Shown here in pieces: positions 29,188-38,375 of a DNA stretch of 64,000 nt. The stretch comes from Acinetobacter phage phiAB441. The stretch's first letter is position 1; every line of letters starts with the position of its first letter. Position numbers and translations under genes: made by a program. The stretch lies in sequence record PV420835.1. One strand, 5' to 3'. Below the pieces are notes generated by a model, which had not been told where the DNA came from, searched no databases, and was given only the letters and a program-made list of their open reading frames with translations.

Positions 29188-30261
29188 ATGTTAAAATTTA
29201 AAAAAGGTGATGAAGTTGTCGTTACTGGTTTTATTAATGCACTTGCTGAAGAGTATGGAACTCTAGGTGAGGTTGGTGTTGTTGAAGTTGTGGATGGTTC
29301 AGAGATTCCATATTTTGTAAAACTAAAATCTGTTACAGGAGGTTCTGGTGGATTATGGTTTAAGGAGGAGAATTTAAAATCAGCTAAAGAATTTGAGAAA
29401 CACAATCCTGAACTTAAAATCGGTGATGAGGTTGTTATTTTAGAGCATCCTGTTTTAAAAGGAGGTAAAGGAATTAGTTATCCTGAATCAATGCAGAAAG
29501 AAATTGGATCAAAACAAACTATTGTTGAGATTCATGAGCATGGTTATAGATTGTCGAATCATTGGAGTTATGAAGCGAAGTATTTGCAGAAAGTTACTAA
29601 TGATATTGATAAATCACAACTTCTTAAACGAGAAATTGAGGTGGGAGATTTAGTTACAGTAATTTCTCTTGAAGAAACAAGACAAGAGTATGGTATTGTT
29701 AGTCCAATGAAAAAAGTTGGAGATTCTTTTATTGTAAAAGGTGTTCATAAAGATAACGAAGATGATTTAATTGAGATTTTTGATGAAGGTAATTGGTCAT
29801 ACGATTCTCGTGATTTAGTAATTTTACAGAAAGCTTCAGATATGAAAGAGCGTAAATTAACTCCTATTGATTTGAAATTACCTGTTCATTGTTCATGGGA
29901 TTTAGCTGCTACTGATGAGGGTAAGTCAGTAAGTATCGTGTTAGATGATACAATTCCTACTATCCAACCTATTGAGTCAAATGGTGGAAGTAGTGATTAT
30001 TATTTTACTAAATTACCGAAATGGTTGATTGATCGAATTGTAGAAACTGGTGGTATTGAAGTTAAAGACATTGTTCAATTTGTATTTGATAATGATGCTC
30101 ATGCAAAAGATATCATCAAGGCACAGAAACGTATTATTGAGCAGCGTAAAGGTGGTGGTAAAGCTGGATTAAAACCACTATACGATTACAATAAGATTGT
30201 TTTCTTTGCTGAAGATCAGTTACGAGTTGCTAAGAATAATCTTGACGAGAAATCTGAATAA
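29188..30261 (+). CDS. hypothetical protein with three KOW/SH3-like GDEVV repeats
   Basis: 357 aa; internal repeats KKGDEVVVTG / KIGDEVVILE / EVGDLVTVIS. Confidence 0.5.
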   Translation: MLKFKKGDEVVVTGFINALAEEYGTLGEVGVVEVVDGSEIPYFVKLKSVTGGSGGLWFKEENLKSAKEFEKHNPELKIGDEVVILEHPVLKGGKGISYPESMQKEIGSKQTIVEIHEHGYRLSNHWSYEAKYLQKVTNDIDKSQLLKREIEVGDLVTVISLEETRQEYGIVSPMKKVGDSFIVKGVHKDNEDDLIEIFDEGNWSYDSRDLVILQKASDMKERKLTPIDLKLPVHCSWDLAATDEGKSVSIVLDDTIPTIQPIESNGGSSDYYFTKLPKWLIDRIVETGGIEVKDIVQFVFDNDAHAKDIIKAQKRIIEQRKGGGKAGLKPLYDYNKIVFFAEDQLRVAKNNLDEKSE

Positions 30262-30287
30262 CTTTACATTTAATTACAGTATTATTG

Positions 30288-30316
30288 TTGACATTGATTT
30301 ATAAGTTTGCAATAAT
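30288..30316 (+). promoter_or_regulatory. sigma70-like promoter
   Basis: TTGACA-17 nt-AATAAT. Confidence 0.45.
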
Positions 30317-30503
30317 ACTCACCTACTCTGATGAATATCCATATATTACTTCGGAGTTATAAAAAGCGTTAAACACTCAAAACATTTTAGATTTCTTTAA
30401 ATGGAATTTCTAATTATGTTTTGATTTGTTTGTATTTAAAAATTTAATTAAGCATGTGTCAATAGGCACATTATACAATAAGCATATACAATAGGAGATA
30501 CAA

Positions 30504-31136
30504 ATGTCAATTAAGACTAATATTAATTTTGAATCAGGAATTATTGAAAACGCAGTATTGTTTTACACTAAGTTAAAGAATCCACCATTAAAATACGGTT
30601 CTCAAACTGAACGTGAATACACTGTAGATGTAGTTGTTGATAAAGCTTCAACTAAAGCATGGAATAAACAATTTTCCAAGCAAAAAGCTAAAGAAATTGA
30701 CAATGCAGACTTCACAGAACAATTTAAAACTGATCCAGTGTTTGCAGATCAAGATGAACAGTTTGTGATTAAACTTAAAAAACCAGCTCAGTTTCGAGAC
30801 AAGGCAACAGGTGAATTAGTTCCTTTGAATGAAAAATACATTCCTCGTGTTTTCATTAAGAATGATGAAGGTGTTTTAGAAGATATTACATTTACAACAA
30901 ACGTTGGTAACGGTAGTGTTGGTGTTGTTCAGTTTGATGTTAATACCAATGACTTCGGTACGTTTGCGAAACTTGGTGCAATTCGTGTTGACAGTCTTGT
31001 AGCTGTTGAGCATAAAGGTGGTGCAAACTACGATGTTCTTGGAACAGTTAAAACTCTTGCTGAAATCCCAACAGCAGCTAAGAAAGAACCAGAATCAACA
31101 CAGGGTGTAGATGAAGAGGAAAATCTACCGTTTTAA
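30504..31136 (+). CDS. ssb: single-stranded DNA-binding protein
   Basis: 210 aa, acidic C-terminal tail ending DEEENLPF (SSB DxxIPF-type tail); preceded by AGGAG RBS. Confidence 0.7.
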   Translation: MSIKTNINFESGIIENAVLFYTKLKNPPLKYGSQTEREYTVDVVVDKASTKAWNKQFSKQKAKEIDNADFTEQFKTDPVFADQDEQFVIKLKKPAQFRDKATGELVPLNEKYIPRVFIKNDEGVLEDITFTTNVGNGSVGVVQFDVNTNDFGTFAKLGAIRVDSLVAVEHKGGANYDVLGTVKTLAEIPTAAKKEPESTQGVDEEENLPF

Positions 31137-31146
31137 TCTAATGTGT

Positions 31147-31180
31147 AAGGAAGGACAATTTGTCCTTCCTTTATAATTTA
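31147..31180 (+). terminator. rho-independent terminator
   Basis: perfect 11-bp inverted repeat AAGGAAGGACA/TGTCCTTCCTT followed by T-rich run. Confidence 0.6.
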
Positions 31181-31197
31181 TGTTTAGGAGAAAATAA

Positions 31198-31353
31198 ATG
31201 ACAAAGAAAATTAAAATTGGTGTTCTAGAATTGGATATGGGCAATCTTTCAGACACAATTTATGTTAATACAAAGAACCAACAACAATTAGCTACAGCAC
31301 TTCAGTTTGCAACATATCAAGCAATCTTTGAAAAGAAAAGAGGTGTTAAGTGA
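31198..31353 (+). CDS. small hypothetical protein (51 aa)
   Basis: AGGAG RBS 8 nt upstream; not in ORF track (below 60 aa). Confidence 0.35.
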   Translation: MTKKIKIGVLELDMGNLSDTIYVNTKNQQQLATALQFATYQAIFEKKRGVK

Positions 31354-31529
31354 GTGATTTAGGTGAGTTATTGCAAAAAACAATTATTTTGGATAAGGTT
31401 CATGACAACGTTCTTGCTCGATTAAGTGGTATTGATAATTCTGGAGGTAATAGTGAAAATCAAACTGAACTTTTAAAACTAGAGAAATTAATTCTAAAGA
31501 AATACAAAGAGATTATTTCTGAATTATAA
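31350..31529 (+). CDS. small hypothetical protein (59 aa, GTG start)
   Basis: overlaps upstream stop (GTGA), followed by RBS of next gene. Confidence 0.3.
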   Translation: MSDLGELLQKTIILDKVHDNVLARLSGIDNSGGNSENQTELLKLEKLILKKYKEIISEL

Positions 31530-31543
31530 TTTGGAGAGTATTC

Positions 31544-31897
31544 ATGAGTGTTGATATTGATGAAGCTCAAATCGATTACGATGAAGAAGATTATGATGAT
31601 CTGAATGAGCAAGAAAAATCAGCATATCAATTAGCTAAAGAAAGAAAAGACTTCATTAAATACAGACGCTTTAGCGTGACACTTCATCCCAAACAAATCT
31701 ACCGATCTTTCCGTAAAACAATTAAGAAAGATTTGGATGTGTTCACTGAAGAAGAGTTGATGACAATATATCGAGTTCTTTGTGATGCTATGAACATGAA
31801 GAATGAAGACTTGAATCTACAAATGTATAAATATATTAGGGCTAGGGTTGAACGAAGTTACAATCGTCAACGTCAAAAATTAGGAAGGAATAAATGA
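31544..31897 (+). CDS. hypothetical protein
   Basis: 117 aa, GGAG RBS. Confidence 0.5.
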   Translation: MSVDIDEAQIDYDEEDYDDLNEQEKSAYQLAKERKDFIKYRRFSVTLHPKQIYRSFRKTIKKDLDVFTEEELMTIYRVLCDAMNMKNEDLNLQMYKYIRARVERSYNRQRQKLGRNK

Positions 31898-32097
31898 CAA
31901 CGAAAACAGAAGTTAAAAATTACGGAATTGGTTTATTACCAGTTCTAGGTATTGTATTTATCATACTAAAGCTGACAAATGTTATTAATTGGTCTTGGTG
32001 GTTGGTATTGTTACCATTTATTATCCAAGCTGGACTTCTAATATTAGCTTTAGCTATTCTTGGAATTGCGGTTTATATTAAATATAAAAAATCATGA
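31894..32097 (+). CDS. small membrane protein (2 TM)
   Basis: 67 aa, two hydrophobic helices. Confidence 0.5.
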   Translation: MTTKTEVKNYGIGLLPVLGIVFIILKLTNVINWSWWLVLLPFIIQAGLLILALAILGIAVYIKYKKS

Positions 32098-32155
32098 TAA
32101 TATTTGTAGTTCCAATATTATTTCTATTTTTATATTATTTGTATATTGATTTATT

Positions 32156-33379
32156 TTGTTAATCAAGAGGGAGGATGTTTTGGATGTAAGTAAATTGTTT
32201 GATGGTTCTAGAAAGATTGAAGTCAAACAAGAGAAACTTGGTGATGAGTATTTCTTAATGGAACCACATAACGAAAAACCTAACAGTTGTCCTCATTCTG
32301 TTTTTGATGTATCTGATTACAATGAAAATGATGTTGTTGCTTTAATTGATGGAGATTGGTTGACATTCTCTGCAACATCAAATGAAATGGAAAGGTTCAT
32401 CACTTGTGAGATTGATGGTGAAGTTCATGAGTTTTCAGGATATGAAAAATTAAAGGATTATCTAATTAGTCAAGGAAGATTAGATGAATATAAGGATATT
32501 GAAACCAAGAAGGGACAAAGAAACAAAGAACTTTACGTTTCTTTAGGTAATGTTAAAAAGAAAGTATCTTCAATTGTAAAAGAAATTGGTGCTAACAAAG
32601 TTATTATTGCTTTAGGGAGTACGGGTAACAAACGTCTTGATTTACCACTACCTAAGTATCATGGAAGGTATAAGGGTAATCGTGATGATGGTTGGATTCC
32701 TGAAACATTACCAGCATGTAAAGAATGGACACGTAAGAAATGGAAAACTTGGTGGTCTGTTGATAAAGAAACTGATGATGATGTTACTATTATTTTTCAC
32801 ATGTTATTAAACAAAGGTGTTAAAGTCTATGTCTGTGGGATAGACAAAGATTACAATCAGGAACATTGGGGTGGTTTATACTTAATTGGACACCATAAAC
32901 AACCAACTTGGTACGATAACACAGAAGAAAATGCTTTAGGTTATCTAGAGATTGTTGAACGAGAGGTTAAGGATCGTAAAACAAAGAAAGGAACTGGAAG
33001 GTTTACATCTGATGTTAAAGGTCATGGTGATATGTTCTTAGCTTACCAAATCCTTTCTGAAGACAAGGCAGATAATTACTCAGGTAAAAGTTTCTTAAAG
33101 GAATTTGGAACTAAGAAGAAGTTTGGTGATAAAGAAGTTGTTAAATTATTATCTAAGTGTAAATCTAGAAAAGAACTTTGGCAGACTGTTTACAGTGTAT
33201 TTAAAAAGTATTTACCAAAAGAATTTGAATATGTTGCTTGGAATGATGAGGTAATTAAATCATCTCCTTTACATGCCTGTGATTTATTTTATAAGTGTGC
33301 ATGTATGATGAAGTATCAAGGATTTGAAGCTAATATTACAGACTTGTTTGATGAATTAGGAGTTGATTATGACACCTGA
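32156..33379 (+). CDS. 5'-3' exonuclease / flap endonuclease (RNase H-like)
   Basis: VALIDGDWLTF (FEN N-domain Asp cluster), YKGNRD, GIDKDY. Confidence 0.6.
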   Translation: MLIKREDVLDVSKLFDGSRKIEVKQEKLGDEYFLMEPHNEKPNSCPHSVFDVSDYNENDVVALIDGDWLTFSATSNEMERFITCEIDGEVHEFSGYEKLKDYLISQGRLDEYKDIETKKGQRNKELYVSLGNVKKKVSSIVKEIGANKVIIALGSTGNKRLDLPLPKYHGRYKGNRDDGWIPETLPACKEWTRKKWKTWWSVDKETDDDVTIIFHMLLNKGVKVYVCGIDKDYNQEHWGGLYLIGHHKQPTWYDNTEENALGYLEIVEREVKDRKTKKGTGRFTSDVKGHGDMFLAYQILSEDKADNYSGKSFLKEFGTKKKFGDKEVVKLLSKCKSRKELWQTVYSVFKKYLPKEFEYVAWNDEVIKSSPLHACDLFYKCACMMKYQGFEANITDLFDELGVDYDT

Positions 33380-33941
33380 TGAAAAAATAGATGAAATAAT
33401 CGAAAGATACCCTGAATTCTGGAAAACAAAATCAAGTTACATGTCTTACATTCGTGGTGGTGTGAGACAGGGTTTGTGGAACAAAAACAAGATCAAGATC
33501 TTAAAGATTAAGAACAATCGTGTACAAATCCCTAATCCAAATCCAAAAGGGAAGAAGGAGACAGTGTGGGGTGGTGAGTGTGAAGTTTGTAAAAATCTTT
33601 TCCCTACAGCTTCGTTACAAGTAGATCATATTCGAGATAAAGGAAGTAGCTTAAAGAATTTTTCTGATGTATCTAAATTCATTGAGGATATGATTCTTAT
33701 CACAGAAGATGATTTACGTATTGTTTGTAAGAATTGTCATGAAATTATCAGTCACGCACAGAAGAAAGGTTGTTCTTTTGAAGAAGCAAGAGTTCAAAAA
33801 GAATTTATTGAGATAAAAAAACAGAAGAAAGTGCTTGACAAACTTGTTAGCTTGGGGGTAAACTCAATACCTAAGCTAAAGAAAGATCAAGAATCTTTGT
33901 TATTAGAGTTGTTGTTAGGAGAAGTTAATGAAAATCAGTAA
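33363..33941 (+). CDS. HNH endonuclease
   Basis: CEVC...VDHIRDKGSS...N...CKNCH arrangement (Zn-finger plus HNH). Confidence 0.6.
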   Translation: MIMTPDEKIDEIIERYPEFWKTKSSYMSYIRGGVRQGLWNKNKIKILKIKNNRVQIPNPNPKGKKETVWGGECEVCKNLFPTASLQVDHIRDKGSSLKNFSDVSKFIEDMILITEDDLRIVCKNCHEIISHAQKKGCSFEEARVQKEFIEIKKQKKVLDKLVSLGVNSIPKLKKDQESLLLELLLGEVNENQ

Positions 33942-34167
33942 AGAAATTTATGACTTGATTGTGACTAGGGATTCAATACTTAATCAAATTTCAAGTGAAT
34001 ACCAAGATAACCAAAGTATGAATGTGATTTATGGATGCGATTGTGGTTGTGGTGGTGATTCTTCGATGGATTATTTAGATTCATTAGAACAAAATTTAAT
34101 TGATGTTGAAGATGAACTTCGTAATTTAGGTGTTGTTTTAGATTTTGAGGATGAAGTTGATGAGTGA
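33928..34167 (+). CDS. hypothetical protein
   Basis: 79 aa, CDCGCGG cluster. Confidence 0.4.
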   Translation: MKISKEIYDLIVTRDSILNQISSEYQDNQSMNVIYGCDCGCGGDSSMDYLDSLEQNLIDVEDELRNLGVVLDFEDEVDE

Positions 34168-34468
34168 ATTATTTGTAAATCTTGAAGAGTTTGAAGAAGT
34201 GTCTGAGGCTTCAAATAAACCAAGTGAAGGAGATACTTGGAAAATGATTGAAGAAGGTGATTGGATTTCTGAAGGAAAATGGGAACATCAAGAATGTGTT
34301 GTTCAGAATATTGAAACAGGTAAGTATTATGCTTATGGTTTGAGTCGTTCTGGAAGTTATTATTCTGATTGGTATTATCCTCATCGTGAAGATGATAAGG
34401 GTGTAACATTACAGGAAGTAAAACCTGTTGAGAAGACGGTTGTAATTACTGAATGGAAACTAGTTTAA
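34145..34468 (+). CDS. hypothetical protein
   Basis: 107 aa. Confidence 0.45.
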   Translation: MRMKLMSELFVNLEEFEEVSEASNKPSEGDTWKMIEEGDWISEGKWEHQECVVQNIETGKYYAYGLSRSGSYYSDWYYPHREDDKGVTLQEVKPVEKTVVITEWKLV

Positions 34469-34493
34469 TTAATTAAATATTTAGGAGAGAAAA

Positions 34494-34808
34494 ATGATTG
34501 ATGTTAAATTTTTAGAGCAAAACGCAGAAAAGACTTTTGATGAGATTATTGCTAAACCAGATAACCGAAAAGTGTTTGTTGAGCAGATTGGTAAATTAGC
34601 ATCACAGAAAGCCACTATTGCTCAACAGCAGGAGGTTTTAAAGGATGATGTATCAATCGTAGCTGACGCTTTTAAGCTTAGCAAGACAGAGGTTAATAAA
34701 CTTGTAGAAGCTCGGTTGAAGGATGATATCGAAGGAAGTGTTGAGAAACTAGAATCGTTGATTGATAAATATCAAATTCTATTAGGTGAAGCTGAAGACG
34801 ATGAATAA
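34494..34808 (+). CDS. hypothetical coiled-coil protein
   Basis: 104 aa, GGAG RBS. Confidence 0.45.
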   Translation: MIDVKFLEQNAEKTFDEIIAKPDNRKVFVEQIGKLASQKATIAQQQEVLKDDVSIVADAFKLSKTEVNKLVEARLKDDIEGSVEKLESLIDKYQILLGEAEDDE

Positions 34809-35061
34809 TATTTTGAATGTTACGCTTTCTGACTTCTTACCAACAACAGAAGAGCTTGATAAGTTTTATGTTGTATATAAGAATCAGGAAGACATTCTAA
34901 GTGTTGACATTAAGGAGGGGGACGAAAGTCTCCTTTCTGAATACGATGCTTGGTTTGAAGATAAAGATTTAGATGCCGAGACACTCTTCAATAGTTTATT
35001 CATGTCTAAAGTTTTTTACGAAGCAATTAATAATGTAGAGATTGTTGAGGAGCAAAAATGA
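34786..35061 (+). CDS. hypothetical protein
   Basis: 91 aa acidic. Confidence 0.45.
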   Translation: MKLKTMNNILNVTLSDFLPTTEELDKFYVVYKNQEDILSVDIKEGDESLLSEYDAWFEDKDLDAETLFNSLFMSKVFYEAINNVEIVEEQK

Positions 35062-36044
35062 AGAAGTGGCAACAAACAGCTTTAGAATACAGAAAGCAAG
35101 GATTATCATCTCGTAAGATTTGTGATAAATTAGGATGGAGTCGAACTCGTAAAAGTACGATTAATTATTTCTTCGAACGTCATGATCGTGAACAACAAGC
35201 TGTAGATGCTTTGTTTAAATCAGCACAAGAAGAACCTAGCGTTAAGATTCTTTATTTAGATTTGGAATACACATTCTCTTTCTCAGGACATTTCCAGAAT
35301 TGGGGTGTTAACATTCCCCAAGAAGCTAAGATTCGTGAGAGTCATTTATTATCTTATGCATATGCTTGGAATAATGGTGAGATTAAAGGTGAAGTGTTAA
35401 AAGCAGAAGCTATTCAAAATGATCTACTACGCTCTATTGTTCAGAATGATGTCAAAACAGAGATTGATTTTGACATGACATTAAAGCTTTGGCACTTGTT
35501 AGATCAATGTGATATCGTTGTGGCTCACAATTGCCGAGGTTACGACATTAAGCAATTACATTCATTATTTTTGAAATATGGTTTGTGTTTACCTTCTCCG
35601 TATAAAGTTGTTGACACTTTAGCAATTGCTAAGAAGATGTTTAAGCTTCCGTTTAAGAGTTTGAAATATTTAGCTCAATATTTAAATGTCACACAAAAGA
35701 TTGATAATGGTGGTAATGAGTTTTGGCGTTTGGCTTCAATTGGTTATTCGGATGAAGTTTTAAATGAAATGCTCACTTACAACAAAGGTGACATTGAAAC
35801 GTTACGTGAAGTTTATTTGAAATTAAGGATGTATAATAATGATGGGGTTAATGTTGCTGCATTTAATGGTGGTGATGAGGTACGATGTCCTACTTGCTCT
35901 TCTAGTGACTTATCTAAGTTAAACAAACAGGCTACAACTACACGACATCAGTATGACGTTTATCGTTGTAATCATTGTCAAGCTTTAAGTCGTTCAGCGA
36001 ATGTTAAAGGTGAAGCTAAATATTTGGTTCATGTGAGTGGTTAA
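35058..36044 (+). CDS. DnaQ-like 3'-5' exonuclease with N-terminal HTH and C-terminal zinc ribbon
   Basis: Exo I YLDLEYT, Exo II VVAHNCRGYDIKQL, Exo III YNKGD; C-terminal CPTC...CNHC. Confidence 0.6.
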   Translation: MKKWQQTALEYRKQGLSSRKICDKLGWSRTRKSTINYFFERHDREQQAVDALFKSAQEEPSVKILYLDLEYTFSFSGHFQNWGVNIPQEAKIRESHLLSYAYAWNNGEIKGEVLKAEAIQNDLLRSIVQNDVKTEIDFDMTLKLWHLLDQCDIVVAHNCRGYDIKQLHSLFLKYGLCLPSPYKVVDTLAIAKKMFKLPFKSLKYLAQYLNVTQKIDNGGNEFWRLASIGYSDEVLNEMLTYNKGDIETLREVYLKLRMYNNDGVNVAAFNGGDEVRCPTCSSSDLSKLNKQATTTRHQYDVYRCNHCQALSRSANVKGEAKYLVHVSG

Positions 36045-36282
36045 TATGTTAAGTTATCAAGAAGAGAGAGAGCTTTGGCAGCTTATTAAAAAGTTTTCAA
36101 AATCTAAAGAGTTTAGACATACGGTTTCTGGTAGTATTTTATTAACAGAGTATTATCTGGATGGTGATGTCTTATCTATAGAGGAAATTGATAATCTTGT
36201 TTCGGTTTCTTTAAATGATCGTGAAATTTACGGATACATTGATGTGAAAAGTGCTTTGGAGAATCCACCTGATGAAAATTGA
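36037..36282 (+). CDS. hypothetical protein
   Basis: 81 aa, ATGA-type overlap. Confidence 0.4.
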   Translation: MVNMLSYQEERELWQLIKKFSKSKEFRHTVSGSILLTEYYLDGDVLSIEEIDNLVSVSLNDREIYGYIDVKSALENPPDEN

Positions 36283-36340
36283 TGTTAAAGAAAATTTGGT
36301 TTAATAATTGACCAAACAGTTTGAAATTTGAAAATATTGA

Positions 36341-36369
36341 TTGACATACTTTTCGGAGTGTGTCATTAT
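36341..36369 (+). promoter_or_regulatory. sigma70-like promoter
   Basis: TTGACA-17 nt-CATTAT; predicted start about 36377, just before the tRNA-like structure. Confidence 0.5.
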
Positions 36370-36382
36370 TGTTTTATTAAAT

Positions 36383-36470
36383 ATCCCGTGTCCCCTCAAG
36401 AGTCTTCTAAACTCTCGACATTAAATAGAGGGATGGTAGTCAAGGAGATCGTTACTTCCACGGGATGCCA
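36383..36470 (+). ncRNA. tRNA-like structured RNA element (non-canonical)
   Basis: 7-8 bp acceptor-like stem ATCCCGT(G)/(C)ACGGGAT followed by G-CCA; internal hairpin AGAGT-CTTCTAA-ACTCT resembling an anticodon arm (U33, UCU, A37); T-arm-like GGAG-ATCGTTA-CTTCC; no D-arm. Confidence 0.3.
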
Positions 36471-36487
36471 ATATTATAGGAGATTAT

Positions 36488-37021
36488 GTGACTGAAGAGT
36501 GGAGAGATGTTGTTGGATACGAAGAATATTTTATGATAAGTTCTTTTGGTAATGTATTTTCAAAAAGAACAAATAAGATATTAAAACAGAATACAACAGA
36601 CAGAGGTTATAAGACAGTAGCAACAAAAATTGGTGGAAGAAGTGGAAAAAATTTGTGCTTTAAAATTCACAGATTAGTTGCGGAAGCGTTTATAGAAAAT
36701 TTTGAAAATAAGCCTTATGTTAATCACATTAATTCAAAAAGAAATGATAACCGTGTTGAAAACTTGGAGTGGTGTACCGCAAAAGAGAACTTTGATCATG
36801 GTCTTTCATTTGGAAACATTAAAAACAACCAACTTTCAAAAAGTAGTTTCGTTGGAAGGAAGTTAAAAGATGATGATGTTATTAACATTCGAAATAATTA
36901 TGTGAAAGGTTGTCATAAAAACGGACTAAGAGCTTTAGCTAGAAAATACGGTGTTAATAAAAATACCATAAAAGCAGTTGTTAGCAGTGAGACATATAAA
37001 GATATAGGAGAAAGAGAGTGA
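36488..37021 (+). CDS. HNH homing endonuclease (HNH_3 with N-terminal NUMOD4-like module)
   Basis: WRDVVGYEEYFMISSFGNV ... VNHINSKRNDNRVENLEWCTAKEN; GTG start with TAGGAG RBS. Confidence 0.8.
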   Translation: MTEEWRDVVGYEEYFMISSFGNVFSKRTNKILKQNTTDRGYKTVATKIGGRSGKNLCFKIHRLVAEAFIENFENKPYVNHINSKRNDNRVENLEWCTAKENFDHGLSFGNIKNNQLSKSSFVGRKLKDDDVINIRNNYVKGCHKNGLRALARKYGVNKNTIKAVVSSETYKDIGERE

Positions 37022-37209
37022 CAGAAAAATTTTCAGAGATGACAGAAACAAGTAATGTAGAATTAACACCACAACAACAATATAAAAACATTTTAGAAAA
37101 AGCACTTCAATCAGCAATTTTATTAAACAAAATCATTCGTGGTAAATCTGTTGAAGAGTATTCAGATGAAGAATTATCTGAAGCAATTTTACACAATCTA
37201 ATGTTGTAA
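37018..37209 (+). CDS. hypothetical protein
   Basis: 63 aa. Confidence 0.4.
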   Translation: MTEKFSEMTETSNVELTPQQQYKNILEKALQSAILLNKIIRGKSVEEYSDEELSEAILHNLML

Positions 37210-37265
37210 CTAAAGAAGAAATTATTGAATGGATTTCTAATTACGGATTAGACACTATTGAGGAA

Positions 37266-37706
37266 TTGGATGGTCAAGTAGATGTAATCTATACACTCTC
37301 GTATTTACATTACTTAATTGAAGAAGCTAAACGTAGAGATTTTGTTGAAATTAACTATAAGCACACCAACTTAATTTTAATGTTAGGTAATGTTGTATTG
37401 TCAAATCTGTCTACCGATGACGATGGGTATTATGACACATTAGAGGAAGCTGTTGATCGAATTATTGAAAACAATATGTCTAAAGTGACAACTGATGTTG
37501 AATATTTTAAAACATGGGAATCACCAAAAGGTGAAAACTTAATTCCTAAGTCAACAGTTGTTGATGGAACACGTTATTATTTATTAGTTAATGCTGAAGG
37601 AAAGTGTCGTAAACCAGAACATTTTGTTGGTGTTGATTTAACAGATTTAGCAGAACGTTTAGATAAACAATGGAATGGGGTTACAAATGGCAAAGAAGAA
37701 AACTAA
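37266..37706 (+). CDS. putative MazG-like nucleotide pyrophosphohydrolase
   Basis: LIEEAKRR and TLEEAVDRIIEN resemble EExx(E/D) metal-binding helices of all-alpha NTP-PPases; weak. Confidence 0.35.
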   Translation: MDGQVDVIYTLSYLHYLIEEAKRRDFVEINYKHTNLILMLGNVVLSNLSTDDDGYYDTLEEAVDRIIENNMSKVTTDVEYFKTWESPKGENLIPKSTVVDGTRYYLLVNAEGKCRKPEHFVGVDLTDLAERLDKQWNGVTNGKEEN

Positions 37707-38118
37707 AGGGAAGCAGAGTGATTATATTCAACATCGTGTTGGTGTTTATGCAACAGAATCAGATTTGAAAGATGACACAGTTATTTTTCTAGCTGTTCAA
37801 TGTGGGATATTAACACCAAACGATTATGATATTGTTGATGCTGTTGTTGGCGACAAGAGACCAGAAAAGAAGATTGTTGTTAAAGAATATTCTGAAAAAG
37901 CTATTCAAGCTATTTTAAAGAATCTATTTGGTTTTAGGGATGGTTGGTATGAGGTTGAAGTTGTAGAGAAACAACGCACACGATTTGGTAACAAAGTTGT
38001 ATACAATGAAAAGCGTTACACTGGTTTAGAGAGAGAAGATAAAGATTGGACATCATCATCAATGTGCAGTGATGAAATGAAGAGTTGCTTAATCTTCGGC
38101 TCGAAAGGAGAGGTCTAA
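37675..38118 (+). CDS. hypothetical protein
   Basis: 147 aa. Confidence 0.45.
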   Translation: MGLQMAKKKTKGKQSDYIQHRVGVYATESDLKDDTVIFLAVQCGILTPNDYDIVDAVVGDKRPEKKIVVKEYSEKAIQAILKNLFGFRDGWYEVEVVEKQRTRFGNKVVYNEKRYTGLEREDKDWTSSSMCSDEMKSCLIFGSKGEV

Positions 38119-38375
38119 TGCTTTATTTTGTTGTTACTTATATTTTAATTGGAATTGTATTAACTACATTACTTTGTAAGATGGTTAATGATAATTTAGA
38201 TGAGTTTAAATTGTATGTTGGTGTGGAAGACTTCGATGTATATGCTAAGTATCAATGGTTGATATTTTCAGCTTTGGTTTTTATTACTCCTACATATTAT
38301 TCATATCAATTTACTGTTTGGTTTATTAAGTATTTATTTGGTTTAACGTTGAAATTATTTGGTGGTAAGAAGTGA
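38085..38375 (+). CDS. small membrane protein
   Basis: 96 aa, 3 hydrophobic segments. Confidence 0.45.
   Translation: MLNLRLERRGLMLYFVVTYILIGIVLTTLLCKMVNDNLDEFKLYVGVEDFDVYAKYQWLIFSALVFITPTYYSYQFTVWFIKYLFGLTLKLFGGKK

Noticed and set aside
34071-34409. 112-aa antisense ORF
   Set aside because: Overlaps two coupled +strand genes. His/Gln-rich low-complexity shadow frame.
36383-36470. Calling the structured element a bona fide tRNA gene (for example tRNA-Arg UCU)
   Set aside because: There is no D-arm, the T-loop deviates from TTCRA, and spacing between acceptor stem and anticodon-like hairpin is only 9 nt. It is retained as a tRNA-like element, not a tRNA.
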